Source of the DNA: Spirochaetia bacterium
GTDB lineage: Bacteria; Spirochaetota; Spirochaetia; SZUA-6; Bin103
NCBI GenBank assembly: GCA_965203515.1
Contig: OZ241907.1
Coordinates: forward strand, 1,568,001-1,632,000
Direction: 5' to 3'
DNA: 64,000 bases
Shown: piece by piece, positions 46,949 to 57,098 of the stretch
Layout: each line of letters begins with the position of its first letter
How positions within the stretch are numbered: position 1 is the first letter of the stretch
Notes under the pieces: generated by a model
Told to the model about the DNA's origin: nothing
Databases searched by the model: none
Seen by the model: the letters and a program-made list of their open reading frames with translations, nothing else
Position numbers and translations under genes: made by a program

Positions 46949-48871
46949 ATGCATGACGAACCACGGCCGGGCGCAATGAACAGCGCTCCGCTCGCTCCGA
47001 TGATCGCCGGCGCCGCCGCGCCCGAGCTGGGCAACCGCCTCACGTACGGGTACGTGGCCCGCCACGCCCCGCGCCTGGAGCTGCCGGCCGCGGCGGCCGA
47101 GTGGGAGTCCCGCGCCGCCGGGCTGCGCGCCCGCTACCTCGACCTCTATCTGCGCGGCCATCCCGCCGATCTGCTGCAGGAGCCGCCGCGCGTGGTGTGG
47201 GGCGATACGCTCGATCCCGCGCCGGAGTACCGCATCCGCAAGCTCCGCTTCGAAGGGTATCCCGGCGTCTGGGTGCCGGCGCTGCTCTATGAGCCGACCT
47301 CGCCGTTGGGCGGCGACCGCTCGACCCCGGCCGTACTCGACGTCAACGGCCACGAGCCGCGCGGCATCGCCGTCGAGCACAAGCAGGCGCGGTGCAGCAA
47401 CCTGGCCAAGCGCGGCCTGCCGGCGCTGAGTCTGGAGCTGCTCGGCCGCGGCGAGATGACCAACCTGGCCCCGCACAACCACCAGCAGCTACTCGACCTG
47501 CTCGGCCGCGCCGGCGCCGGGGTCTTCTACCTCACCATGAAGCGCGCGCTCGACATCGTGCTCGATCACGAGCTGACCGACCCCGCGCGCGTGGCGATGA
47601 CCGGGCTGTCCGGCGGCGGCTGGCAGACGATCGTGCTGTCCGCGCTCGACGAGCGGGTCGCCCTGAGCGTGCCGGTCGCCGGGCACATGCCGGCGGCCGA
47701 CCGGCGCGATCCGGCCGACGTGGGCGATGCCGAGCAGTTGCCGGCCGACCTGTGCGCGATCGGCGACTACGACGTGCTGTCCGCGCTGGTGGCGCCGCGC
47801 CCGGTGCTGTTCATCTTCAACCGGTACGACGACTGCTGCTTCCAGCCGCACAAGGCGGCGGCCGGCACCTACGGAGCGGCGCGCGGCGTCTACGAGCTGC
47901 TGGGCGCGGCCGACCGCTGCGGACTGCACGTCGGCACCGAACCCGGCCACAACTACGGCCAGGGCAATCGCTGCCGGTTCTACGCCTGGCTCAACCGCCA
48001 CTTCGGCCTGGACACGCCGGACCGTGAGCTGCCGTGGCGGGACGAGGTGTACCGCGAGCGCGACCTGTGGGTCGGTCTGCCCGCGCACCGGACGACGTTC
48101 GGCGCCCTGGCCGCCGACCGCCTGCAGGAGCTCCGCCAGCGGGAGGCGGACCGCCCGCGCCGGCCCACCCGCGCCGACGTCGACACGCTGCTGCGGTACC
48201 GCCGCAGCTCCGTGACCGCCGTCACCACGCAGGCGAGCTGGATTTGGGTCCGGGACGATCGGGGCGTGCGGGTCGAAGAGATCACCCTGCAGGTCGACGG
48301 CTACTGGCCGCTGCCCGGCCGCTTGGCCGTACCCGACGACGCCGCCGGCGCGACCGTGGTCATCGGCGACGCCGGCGGAGCGACCGCCTCCTGCGCGACC
48401 GCCGCCGCCGAGGCCGAGGCTCGCGCCCGCGACACCGGGCAGGCGTTCCTGCACGTCGACCTGATCGGCGTCGGCGCGCTGGCCGCTTCGCACGGGTACG
48501 GGCTGCTGCTGCGGACGATCGGCCGGCCGATCCTGGGGCTGCAGACCGCCCAGCTCGCCGCCGCGGCGGCCTGGGCCGGCGAGCGCTTCGCCGGAACGGT
48601 CTCCGTGGAGGCCGGCGGCCGGGTCGCCTCCCTGGCGGCGCTGCTCGCCGCCGCGCGCGATCCGGCCGCGTTCGCCCGCGTCGCCACCGACGGGCTGCCC
48701 TACTCGCTGGACGACCTGATCGAGTCGCACGTGCCCCCGGACGGCCCGGAATACCCGCTGTTCTGCTTCGGGATGCGCGAGCTGCTCGACGTGCCGGACC
48801 TGCTCGAGCTGGCCGGATCGCTGCCGATCGTCGATCGCAGCCGCGGCCCCCTCACGTCGAGCGCCGCGTGA
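46949..48871 (+). CDS. Alpha/beta hydrolase (acetylxylan esterase-like)
   Basis: GVWVPALLYEP, NGH, MTGLSGGG, LVAPRP, HNY. Confidence 0.8.
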   Translation: MHDEPRPGAMNSAPLAPMIAGAAAPELGNRLTYGYVARHAPRLELPAAAAEWESRAAGLRARYLDLYLRGHPADLLQEPPRVVWGDTLDPAPEYRIRKLRFEGYPGVWVPALLYEPTSPLGGDRSTPAVLDVNGHEPRGIAVEHKQARCSNLAKRGLPALSLELLGRGEMTNLAPHNHQQLLDLLGRAGAGVFYLTMKRALDIVLDHELTDPARVAMTGLSGGGWQTIVLSALDERVALSVPVAGHMPAADRRDPADVGDAEQLPADLCAIGDYDVLSALVAPRPVLFIFNRYDDCCFQPHKAAAGTYGAARGVYELLGAADRCGLHVGTEPGHNYGQGNRCRFYAWLNRHFGLDTPDRELPWRDEVYRERDLWVGLPAHRTTFGALAADRLQELRQREADRPRRPTRADVDTLLRYRRSSVTAVTTQASWIWVRDDRGVRVEEITLQVDGYWPLPGRLAVPDDAAGATVVIGDAGGATASCATAAAEAEARARDTGQAFLHVDLIGVGALAASHGYGLLLRTIGRPILGLQTAQLAAAAAWAGERFAGTVSVEAGGRVASLAALLAAARDPAAFARVATDGLPYSLDDLIESHVPPDGPEYPLFCFGMRELLDVPDLLELAGSLPIVDRSRGPLTSSAA

Positions 48872-49785
48872 CCCGCTACCTGATCACCGGCGCCGCCGGC
48901 AACCTGGCGCGCCTGCTGGTGGAGCGCCTGCAGGCCGCCGGCAAGCAGGTCACCGGGCTCGACCGGGAACCGGCGGCGGTCCCCGGCGTCCGCTTCGAGC
49001 GGGCCGACGTCACCGATGCGGCGCGCCTGGCGGCGATCGTCGACGAGGTGCGGCCCGAGTGCATCCTGCACATGGCGTCGCTGCTGACCCTCTCGTCGGA
49101 GGCCGACCCCGCCGCCGCCTGGCGGGTGAACGCCACCGCCTCGATCGACCTGCTGCGCGCCGCCGCCGAGCGCGGCGTGCGCCGGTTCTTCTTTCCCAGC
49201 ACCATCGCCACCTACGCGGGAGCGCTTCCCGACCCGCTGCCGGAGGACTACCCGCAGTGGCCGGCTACCGTCTACGGGGTGACCAAGGTCGCGGTCGAGC
49301 GGATGGGCGCCTACCTGTGGCGGACCGCCGGACTCGACTTCCGCGCGGTGCGGCTGCCGGTGGTCGTGTCGCCGTACGCGCCGCCGGGGGCGGTGAGCGC
49401 CTACCCCTCGCACGGCTTCGCCGCCGCCCGCCGCGGCGCGCCGTTCGCCTACCCCGCCCCCCCGGACCTGCGCGTGTCGTCGATCTACGTGATGGACGTG
49501 ATCGAAGGCATCCTGCGGCTGGTCGACGCCGACCCGGCGCGCCTGTCCCGGCGGGTATACAACCTGCACGCCTTCGCGCCTTCCACGCAAGACATCGCCG
49601 GCGCCGTCTGCCGGCTCGCGCCCGGCTTCCGCTACCGGTTCGAGCCGCGCGCGGACGTCATCGCCATGCTCGGCTCCCTGCCGTCGGTGCTGGTCGACGC
49701 CAGCGCGCGACGCGACTGGGGCTGGAACCCGCGGTTCGACCTGGCCGCCGCCGCCGCCGACATGGCGCGTCTCCCGGAGCGCTGA
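48868..49785 (+). CDS. NAD-dependent epimerase/dehydratase (extended SDR, threonine dehydrogenase-like)
   Basis: ITGAAGNLA, PSTIA, YGVTK, ARRDWGW; GTGA overlap. Confidence 0.88.
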   Translation: MTRYLITGAAGNLARLLVERLQAAGKQVTGLDREPAAVPGVRFERADVTDAARLAAIVDEVRPECILHMASLLTLSSEADPAAAWRVNATASIDLLRAAAERGVRRFFFPSTIATYAGALPDPLPEDYPQWPATVYGVTKVAVERMGAYLWRTAGLDFRAVRLPVVVSPYAPPGAVSAYPSHGFAAARRGAPFAYPAPPDLRVSSIYVMDVIEGILRLVDADPARLSRRVYNLHAFAPSTQDIAGAVCRLAPGFRYRFEPRADVIAMLGSLPSVLVDASARRDWGWNPRFDLAAAAADMARLPER

Positions 49786-49879
49786 CCGCGACGTCTGCGA
49801 GCCACCTGCGGTATCCTGACCCCATGAGCAGCGTTGCGACGATGGAGGCCCAGCCGACGGAGGCCCGGCCGTTCGACCG

Positions 49880-50683
49880 ATGGTGCGCGTCGAAGGACTG
49901 ACCAAGCGGTACGGGGCGGTCCGGGCGCTGCGCGGCGTCTCCTTTACGGTCGACCGCGGTGAGGTGGTCGGGCTGCTCGGCCCGAACGGCGCCGGCAAGA
50001 CCACCACGATGCGCATCCTCACCGGGTACGTGGCGGCCACCTCCGGCCGCGCCCTGGTCGGCGGCGTGGACGTCGCCGTCGATCCGTTGGCCGTCAAGCG
50101 CATGGTCGGGTACCTGCCGGAGTTCGCGCCGCTCTACGCGGAGATGCTGGTGCACGACTACCTGCAGTACGCCGGCGCCGTGCACGGCATGCGCAAGCGG
50201 GAACGGCAGCGCAGAATCGGCGACCTGGTGCCGCTCTGCGGCCTCGCCGACGTGATCCACCGGCCGTTCCGGGAGCTGTCGCGCGGCTACAAGCAGCGGG
50301 TGGGCCTGGCGCACGCGCTGATCGCGGACCCCGACCTGCTCGTGCTCGACGAGCCGACCGCCGGCCTCGATCCCAATCAGATCGTCGAGATTCGGTCGAT
50401 CATCCGCGCCGCCGGCGAGCGCAAGGCGATCGTCTTCTCCACCCACATCCTGAGCGAGGCGGAGAGCACCTGCCAGCGCATCGTGATCATCGACCGCGGC
50501 GCCGTGGTCGCCGACGGCACCGCCGCCGAGCTGACCCGCGGCCGGTCGCTGGAAGAGCGCTTTCGCGAGCTGACCGCGGCCGGCGGCGCGGCCACGGACG
50601 ACGGCGCGGCCGGGGACGGCGCCGGGCCGCCCTCCGGCTCGGCCGGCGCCCGGCGGCGGGCCCGCCGCAAGCTGCGCCCGTGA
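49880..50683 (+). CDS. GldA-like ABC ATPase
   Basis: GPNGAGKTT, LSRGYKQRVGLA, DEPTAGLDPNQI, STHIL. Confidence 0.92.
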   Translation: MVRVEGLTKRYGAVRALRGVSFTVDRGEVVGLLGPNGAGKTTTMRILTGYVAATSGRALVGGVDVAVDPLAVKRMVGYLPEFAPLYAEMLVHDYLQYAGAVHGMRKRERQRRIGDLVPLCGLADVIHRPFRELSRGYKQRVGLAHALIADPDLLVLDEPTAGLDPNQIVEIRSIIRAAGERKAIVFSTHILSEAESTCQRIVIIDRGAVVADGTAAELTRGRSLEERFRELTAAGGAATDDGAAGDGAGPPSGSAGARRRARRKLRP

Positions 50684-51387
50684 GCCGCGCCGTTCTGCCG
50701 ATCATCGCCCGCGAGCTGCGCGCCGTGTTCCTGGCGCCGGTCGGCTACCTCGTGGCGATCGTCTTCCTGGTGATGACCGGCTGGCTCTTCATGCAGCCGT
50801 TCTTCCTCAACGGCCGCGCCGACCTGCGCCAGTTCTTCGAGCTGCTGCCGCTCACCCTGGCGCTGCTCGTGCCGGCGGTCACCATGCGGGCGTTCGCCGA
50901 GGAGTTCTCGACCGGCTCCTTCGAGGCGCTGGTCACCCTGCCGGTGACCCGCCTCGACGTGCTGATCGGCAAGTTCACGGGGGCGGTCGGCTTCGCGGCG
51001 CTGGCGCTGGCGCCGACCGTCCTGTACCCGATCGTGATCGCGCGCCTGGGCGATCTCGACTGGGGGCCGGTGGTCGCCGGGTACGCGGGAGCCGTGCTGC
51101 TCATCGGCCTGTACTGCGCGGTCGGCCTGCTCGCCTCCGCCCTGACCCGCAACCAGATCGTGGCGTTCGTGATCGGCCTGGCGATCGCGCTGAGCCTGGC
51201 CCTGATCGACGACCTGCTGATCTACGTGCCGGGCCGGATCACGGCCGCGGTGCAGTACCTGGGCGCCGACTACCACTTCCGCAGCATCGCGCGCGGCGTG
51301 CTCGACTCGCGCGACCTGATCTACTTCCTGTCCGGCATCGCCGTCTTCCTGACCGGCACCGGCCTCGCGCTCCGGCGGCGCTCATGA
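50680..51387 (+). CDS. GldF-like ABC permease
   Basis: P.VTMR.FAEE..GS.E.L.T.P, SALTRNQIVAF, GVLDSRDLIYF. Confidence 0.9.
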   Translation: MSRAVLPIIARELRAVFLAPVGYLVAIVFLVMTGWLFMQPFFLNGRADLRQFFELLPLTLALLVPAVTMRAFAEEFSTGSFEALVTLPVTRLDVLIGKFTGAVGFAALALAPTVLYPIVIARLGDLDWGPVVAGYAGAVLLIGLYCAVGLLASALTRNQIVAFVIGLAIALSLALIDDLLIYVPGRITAAVQYLGADYHFRSIARGVLDSRDLIYFLSGIAVFLTGTGLALRRRS

Positions 51388-53561
51388 CGGCCGGCTCCGG
51401 CGCCCGCGACGGCGCCGGCTCGACGCGGCGGATCGCCCGGCTCGCCGACCGGCTGATCCCGCCGCTGCTCTACCTGGGCGCGGTGGTGATGGTCAACGTC
51501 GCCTCCTCCTCCCTCTTCGTGCAGGTCGATCTCACAGAGGGCAGGGTCCACTCCCTGGCGCCGGAGAGCGTGGCGGCGGTGAGCCGTCTGCGCGAACCGC
51601 TGACGATCCGCGCCTTCTTCTCCGCCGACCTGCAGGCGCCGTTCAACAACATCGAGCGCGCGGTGCGCGATCTGTTCGATTTCTACGCCATGCACGGCGG
51701 CGAGTTCTTCAACACCACCTTCCATTCGATCGGCGACGGCGCCGAAGGGCAGGAGACCGAACGGCTGGCGCGCGACTATCTGATCTACCCGATACAGGTC
51801 GAGCAGGTCGACCGCACGGAGGTGGTGGTGCGGTCGGTCTACGCCGGCCTCGCCCTGGTGCACGGCGACCTGGTGGAGACGATCGGCGCGCTGACCACCA
51901 CCGACGGCCTGGAGCTGCGGATCACGGAGGCGATCGGCCGCCTCACCGGGCGCGTCAGCGCGCTGCTGGCGCTCGAGGAGGACATCGCGGTGCGGCTCTA
52001 CTTCTCGGGCGAGATCGCCTCGCTGAGTCCCGGCCTGGAGACCCTGCCGGCCGCGGTGGCCGGGATCGTGGAGGAGTTGAACGGCGCCTGGTTCGACCGG
52101 CTCGACTTCAGCGCCGTCGACCCGTCTGCGACCCCGCTCGATCCGATCGACGCGCTGCGGCTGCAGCTCACGCCGCTGGCGTTGCGCGCCGCCGACGGCG
52201 CGGAACGCTTCGCCTACGCCGGCATCGTCCTGGCTTCCGGCGGCAAGACGCTGACGCTCAACCTGATCGAAACGACGCCGCAGGGCGCGCGCGTCGCCGA
52301 TCCGGAGACGATCCGACGATCGGTCGACGGCACGCTCAAGGGGCTGCTCGGCAGCCAGCCGGAGATCGGCTACCTGGCGGACTTCGGCACGCCGCCCTAT
52401 CGGGGCAACCTCACCGAGGGCCGTCAGCCGGTGATGGTCGATCTGGCGGACCTGTACGAGCTGCTGTCGGGCGACTACCGCTACCGCGGCCTGTTGCTCG
52501 AAGACCGGGAGATACCGCCGGATCTGCGCGCGCTGCTGATCGTATCGCCCCAGGAGCCGCTCACGGAGTGGGCGCTCTTTCAGATCGATCAGCACCTGAT
52601 GCGCGGCGGCGCGGTGCTGGCCTTTCTCGACACGCACTCGATCTTCACCACCGCCTCCTTCGGCGGCGGCAGCTCGCTGCCGGTACCGCGGCAGACCGGG
52701 CTGGAGGAGCTCTTCTCCCACTACGGCGTGCGCGTACTGCCCCGCTACGTACTCGACGACGAGCAAGCGTTCGTGCAGCGGCAGCCCGACGAGCGCGGCG
52801 GCGTCTTCGAGACCCGCATCTCCTTCGTGCCGGTGCTGCGCCGGCCGGACATCGACACCTCGTGGCTGCCGCTGCGGAGACTCGACGACCTCCTGGTGAT
52901 GAACGCGTCGCCGCTGGAGCTGACCGGCGCGCAGCCCGACGCGCGGTTCGTCGAAGCGCTGCGCAGCTCGGCCACCGCCTGGGAGGTGCCCGGCGGCACC
53001 GACCTGATCGACGCCCGCGCCACCGCGCCGCCGCCGGACGACCGCCGCGGCTCCAGTCTGCTCGCCGCCTATGCCGAAGGGCGGTTCACCAGCTACTTCG
53101 CCGATCGCACCCCGCCGGCGCGGCCCGCCGGTGACGGCGGCGAGGAGGGAGGGACGCTGATCGGCGACGCGGTGCAGGCCGCGCTCCCGGTGGTGCCGGA
53201 GAGTGCGCCGGGCGCCCGATTGTTCGTGATCGGCACCTCCACGATCCTTGGCAACAGCTTCATCGACGCCCGCCGGCCGGGGCCCAACACCATCCTGATC
53301 CACAACCTGATCGACTACCTGACCGGGCAGGAGCAGCGGGCGGCGCTGCGCGGCCGAGGCGCTCCGGTGCGCCGGCTCGGCGCCTTCTCCTCGGCGACCG
53401 AGAGCGCGGTCAAGACCTTCCTGATCGCGGGACCGCCCGCCCTGGCGGCGCTGGCCGGCGCCGCGCTCTGGCTGTGGTGGCGGCTGCGCCAGCGCGGCAT
53501 CCAGGCGCGCTTCGGCCCGGGCGCAGCGGACACCGGCGCGGCGCGGGCCGCCGTCCCGTGA
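51384..53561 (+). CDS. GldG-like ABC auxiliary protein
   Basis: DLTEGRVHSL, IDQHLMRGG, NLIDYL, N- and C-terminal TM. Confidence 0.85.
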   Translation: MTAGSGARDGAGSTRRIARLADRLIPPLLYLGAVVMVNVASSSLFVQVDLTEGRVHSLAPESVAAVSRLREPLTIRAFFSADLQAPFNNIERAVRDLFDFYAMHGGEFFNTTFHSIGDGAEGQETERLARDYLIYPIQVEQVDRTEVVVRSVYAGLALVHGDLVETIGALTTTDGLELRITEAIGRLTGRVSALLALEEDIAVRLYFSGEIASLSPGLETLPAAVAGIVEELNGAWFDRLDFSAVDPSATPLDPIDALRLQLTPLALRAADGAERFAYAGIVLASGGKTLTLNLIETTPQGARVADPETIRRSVDGTLKGLLGSQPEIGYLADFGTPPYRGNLTEGRQPVMVDLADLYELLSGDYRYRGLLLEDREIPPDLRALLIVSPQEPLTEWALFQIDQHLMRGGAVLAFLDTHSIFTTASFGGGSSLPVPRQTGLEELFSHYGVRVLPRYVLDDEQAFVQRQPDERGGVFETRISFVPVLRRPDIDTSWLPLRRLDDLLVMNASPLELTGAQPDARFVEALRSSATAWEVPGGTDLIDARATAPPPDDRRGSSLLAAYAEGRFTSYFADRTPPARPAGDGGEEGGTLIGDAVQAALPVVPESAPGARLFVIGTSTILGNSFIDARRPGPNTILIHNLIDYLTGQEQRAALRGRGAPVRRLGAFSSATESAVKTFLIAGPPALAALAGAALWLWWRLRQRGIQARFGPGAADTGAARAAVP

Positions 53562-54475
53562 GGCCGGTCGTGCGGGCGCTGCTGCGCTACGCGCTGCCGC
53601 TGGCGGTGATCGCCGCCCTGTCGGTCTATCTGGCCGCGCGGCGCGACGACCGGCTGCACTACGAGCTGCCGGTCCTGCCGCCGCTGGCGGCGGCCGCCGT
53701 CGACCGGGTCGAGGTCGAGCGCGGCGATGCGCGGGTGGCGCTCGAGCGCACCGACGGGGGCTGGCTGATCGACGGTCCCGGCTTCGCCGCCGAGCCGTCG
53801 ATCGTCGCCGGCATGGTGAGCGCCGCGGCCACCCTCAGGCTGACCGACCTGATCGCCGGCGAGCCGACCTACGGGCGCTATGGACTGGGCGAGGCGGAGG
53901 CGATCACCGCCGCCTTCCTGGAAGGCGCGAGCCGCCTGCGGGTGCTCCGGATCGGCAAGCGGGCGCCGACCTACAGCCACACCTACGTGCTGATCGACGA
54001 CGACCCGCGCGTATACCAGGCGGCCGGCGACCTGACCCGCGCCTTCTCCGCGCAGGTCTCGGTGCTCCGCGACCGGACGATCCTGCGCTTCGAGCCGAGC
54101 GAGGTCACGACGATCGCGGTGCAGGGTGCCGGCGCTGGCGCCGCCGTCGAGTTGCTGCGCGGCGTGCCGCCCACGCCGGAGGCGTCGCCCACCTGGAACG
54201 CGGCCGGCGGCGGCGAGCGCGACGCGGCAGCGATCGGCCGGGCGATGGAGCTGCTCGCCAGGATGCGGGCCAGCCGCTTCGTCGACGCCCTTCCCGACGC
54301 GCCGCCGCTGCTGGAGCTGGAGTTGCGCGGCGCGGATGCCACGCATCGGCTGACGATCTACCCGGAGTCGGAGAACGCCCATACGGCGACCTCCTCCGAC
54401 GTCGACGGACCGTTCGTGCTGCTGCCGGCGCTGCTGACCGAGGTGTTCGCGGCGTTTCAGGTCGACCCGGCCTGA
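53558..54475 (+). CDS. DUF4340-like protein
   Basis: N-terminal TM, YGL, LRIGK.P, LRDR.IL; usual partner of GldAFG-like operons. Confidence 0.75.
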   Translation: MRPVVRALLRYALPLAVIAALSVYLAARRDDRLHYELPVLPPLAAAAVDRVEVERGDARVALERTDGGWLIDGPGFAAEPSIVAGMVSAAATLRLTDLIAGEPTYGRYGLGEAEAITAAFLEGASRLRVLRIGKRAPTYSHTYVLIDDDPRVYQAAGDLTRAFSAQVSVLRDRTILRFEPSEVTTIAVQGAGAGAAVELLRGVPPTPEASPTWNAAGGGERDAAAIGRAMELLARMRASRFVDALPDAPPLLELELRGADATHRLTIYPESENAHTATSSDVDGPFVLLPALLTEVFAAFQVDPA

Positions 54476-54496
54476 CCGACGCGCACGGTCGAAGCC

Positions 54497-56020
54497 TCAC
54501 TCGCCGGCGGCCAGCGCCTCCTCCTCGGCCTTGAGCGTCTTGGCGGCGTCTTCCCGGCGGAGCTGGTCGACGCTCCGCACCGGCAGCCGCGCGGCCCCCT
54601 GCCAATCGCGGGTCGGCAGTCGCGGTGCCGAGCGCGCCCGCTCGCGGGCGGCGGCGATCGCCGCGCCGTACTGGGGCAGCCACTCGGCCTGCGCGATCAG
54701 CAGGTCGTCGACCATCTGCGCGATCTCCGGGGGCGTGCAGACGGCGCCGACCAGCGGGTCCATCATCATCGCCTGCACCAGCAACCGGTCGTCGCCGCCG
54801 ACCGCCGCCTCCACCGCCAGCCGTTGCACGGAGATGCTGGCGTTGCAGACGGCGGCGCAGCCGAGCGGCAGCTCGCCGACCAGCGGGATATGGAGGCCGG
54901 TGCGGTCGACGTAGCCCGGCGCCTCCACGCAGGCGTCGGCCGGCAGGTTGGCGATGCAGCCCCGGTTCTCCACGTTGAAGTGCCCGCGGTAGACGCGGCC
55001 GGTCTCCAGCCCCTCCAGGATGTAGGAGCCGTGCTCGGTGGAGCGGGTCTCCGGCGTATACCGCTCGGGCGGCTCGGCCATCCAGCGGGGGAAGTCCTCC
55101 TCGAACCAGTCGCGCCGCTCGGTGCTGAGACGCAGATAGCCGCCGGTCTCGCCATCGATCCAGGAGCCGAGGTCGATCCAGTCGCGGATCTCCTCCGGGC
55201 GCTTGCGGAACCAGGGCACGTACTCGCTCAGGTGACCGTTGGACTCGGTCGAGTAGCAGCCGAAGCGGCGCAGCATCTCGATCCGCACCTTCTCCGTGCG
55301 GCGGTAGACGGGATGGCGCTCGTACGCCTCCAGCAGCTCGCCCGAGACGTCGCGGCCCCGGTGCAGAAGCTGGACGTACCAAGTCTGATGGTTGATGCCG
55401 GCGGCGCGGTAGTCGAGCTCGCCGGCCGGAATCCCCAGCGCGTCGGCGATCTGCGCATGGCCGCCCTGCACGCCGTGGCACAGGCCGACCGTCGGCACGC
55501 GCCCGTAGCGGTTGGCCGCCCAGGTGAGCATCGCCATCGGGTTGGAGTAGTTGAAGAAGCGGCAGCCCGGCTCGGCGACCTCGCGGATATCCTTGCAGAG
55601 CGCCAGGATCACGGGGATGCCGCGCTGGCCGTACATGATGCCGCCGGCGCACAGGGTGTCGCCAACGCACTGGTCGATGCCGTAGCGCAGCGGCACCTCG
55701 ATGTCGGTCGCGAACGCCGGCAGCCCGCCGATGCGGGCCGTGCAGAAGACGTAGCGCGCCCCGCTCACCGCCTCCCGCCGGTCCAGGGTCGCGGCAAGGC
55801 GCACCCCGTCCCGTCCGTTCGCTTCGATGTCGCGCCGCACCAGCCGCTCCACCATCGACAGATTCCGCTCGCTGATGTCCATGCAGGCGATTTCGATGCC
55901 GCCGAACTCGGGAACGGTGAGGATGTCCCCGACCAACTTGCGCGTGAAGCCGATGCTGCCGGCGCCGATGAACGCCACCTTGAACGAGCGGGAGCCGGCG
56001 GGACCGTGAGCGGAGGCCAT
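54497..56020 (-). CDS. melA: GH4 NAD-dependent alpha-galactosidase/glucosidase
   Basis: IGAGSIGF, GDTLCAGG, NYSNP, GLCHG, GINH, TESNGHLSEY. Confidence 0.9.
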   Translation of the reverse strand: MASAHGPAGSRSFKVAFIGAGSIGFTRKLVGDILTVPEFGGIEIACMDISERNLSMVERLVRRDIEANGRDGVRLAATLDRREAVSGARYVFCTARIGGLPAFATDIEVPLRYGIDQCVGDTLCAGGIMYGQRGIPVILALCKDIREVAEPGCRFFNYSNPMAMLTWAANRYGRVPTVGLCHGVQGGHAQIADALGIPAGELDYRAAGINHQTWYVQLLHRGRDVSGELLEAYERHPVYRRTEKVRIEMLRRFGCYSTESNGHLSEYVPWFRKRPEEIRDWIDLGSWIDGETGGYLRLSTERRDWFEEDFPRWMAEPPERYTPETRSTEHGSYILEGLETGRVYRGHFNVENRGCIANLPADACVEAPGYVDRTGLHIPLVGELPLGCAAVCNASISVQRLAVEAAVGGDDRLLVQAMMMDPLVGAVCTPPEIAQMVDDLLIAQAEWLPQYGAAIAAARERARSAPRLPTRDWQGAARLPVRSVDQLRREDAAKTLKAEEEALAAGE

Positions 56021-56130
56021 GGCGGTATCCTGGGCCGCTCGGCCCCGGTAGTAAAGCCTCGGTCGTAACGGCTCGGCCGTAACGGCCGGGGCGCCGGCGG
56101 CCGGCCGGGCCGCAGCGTTTCGGACCGGGC

Positions 56131-57069
56131 TCAGGCGAGAGGTTCGCCGCCCGCGCGCCGTATCTCCCGGTCTGACGGCATGGCGCTCTGCGCTCCCTCA
56201 CGCGTGACGCACAGGGCCGCCGCCACGACCGCGCGCCGCAGCGCGGCGCGGGGATCGCGGCCGGCTGCGATCCCGGCCGCGAATACGCCGGCGAAGCAGT
56301 CCCCGGCCCCCACCGTGTCGATCGCCCGCACCGGATGCGCGGCCTGGCGGTGCGCTCCGTGCGCGTCGGCCAGCACCGCGCCCTCCGCGCCGAGGGTCAC
56401 CAGCACCCGCGAACAGCCGAGCCCGGCTGCTGCGCGGCGCGCCGCCTCGGCAGCCGACTCCCCGGACCGCCGGGGAGTGAGCGCATCGAGCTCGCCCGCA
56501 TTGACGATCAGGTAGTCGACGCCCGCGATCGCCGCCCGCTCGGCCGCTCCGACCGCCGTCAGCGCGGGAGCGGCGTTCCACATCACCGCCGCGCCGCGTT
56601 CGCGCGCCAGCGCGGCCGCCGCCATCGTGACGCTCACGTCGATCTCGTTCTGCAGCAGCACGACGTCACCCGGCCCCAGGTCGGCGCGGAAGGCGTTGGC
56701 ATCGAGTCGAAAGGCGCCGTTGGCGCCGGGCGCCACGGCGATCTGGTTCTCGCCGCGGGCGTCGACGCAGATCAGCGCCACCCCCGACCGGTGGTCGGGC
56801 AGCGCCGCCACGTGATCGGTCACCACTCCGGCGGCGGTCAGGTCGGCGGTGCGCGCTCTGCCGTACGGGTCGTCGCCGACCGCGCCGTGCAACGCGCACG
56901 GCGCACCGGCGCGCGCCGCCGCGACCGCCTGATTCGCCCCCTTGCCGCCGGCGGTCTCCGCGAACCGGGCGCCGCCCACCGTCTCACCCGGCGCCGGCAG
57001 CCGCTCGACGTAGGCGACCAGGTCGGTATTGACGCTCCCGACCACGACGACCGAACCGGTCAGCGGCAC
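56131..57069 (-). CDS. rbsK: Ribokinase (PfkB family)
   Basis: VGSVNTD, GGKGANQA, LLQNE, DTVGAGDCF; GTG 7 nt after TATACT. Confidence 0.9.
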   Translation of the reverse strand: MPLTGSVVVVGSVNTDLVAYVERLPAPGETVGGARFAETAGGKGANQAVAAARAGAPCALHGAVGDDPYGRARTADLTAAGVVTDHVAALPDHRSGVALICVDARGENQIAVAPGANGAFRLDANAFRADLGPGDVVLLQNEIDVSVTMAAAALARERGAAVMWNAAPALTAVGAAERAAIAGVDYLIVNAGELDALTPRRSGESAAEAARRAAAGLGCSRVLVTLGAEGAVLADAHGAHRQAAHPVRAIDTVGAGDCFAGVFAAGIAAGRDPRAALRRAVVAAALCVTREGAQSAMPSDREIRRAGGEPLA

Positions 57070-57098
57070 GGCGGCGAGTATAGTACGGCGGCGCGGCG

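Noticed and set aside
49880..54475. GldA/F/G-like genes as evidence of gliding motility
   Set aside because: This ABC module with DUF4340 is widespread in non-gliding bacteria; no T9SS genes here
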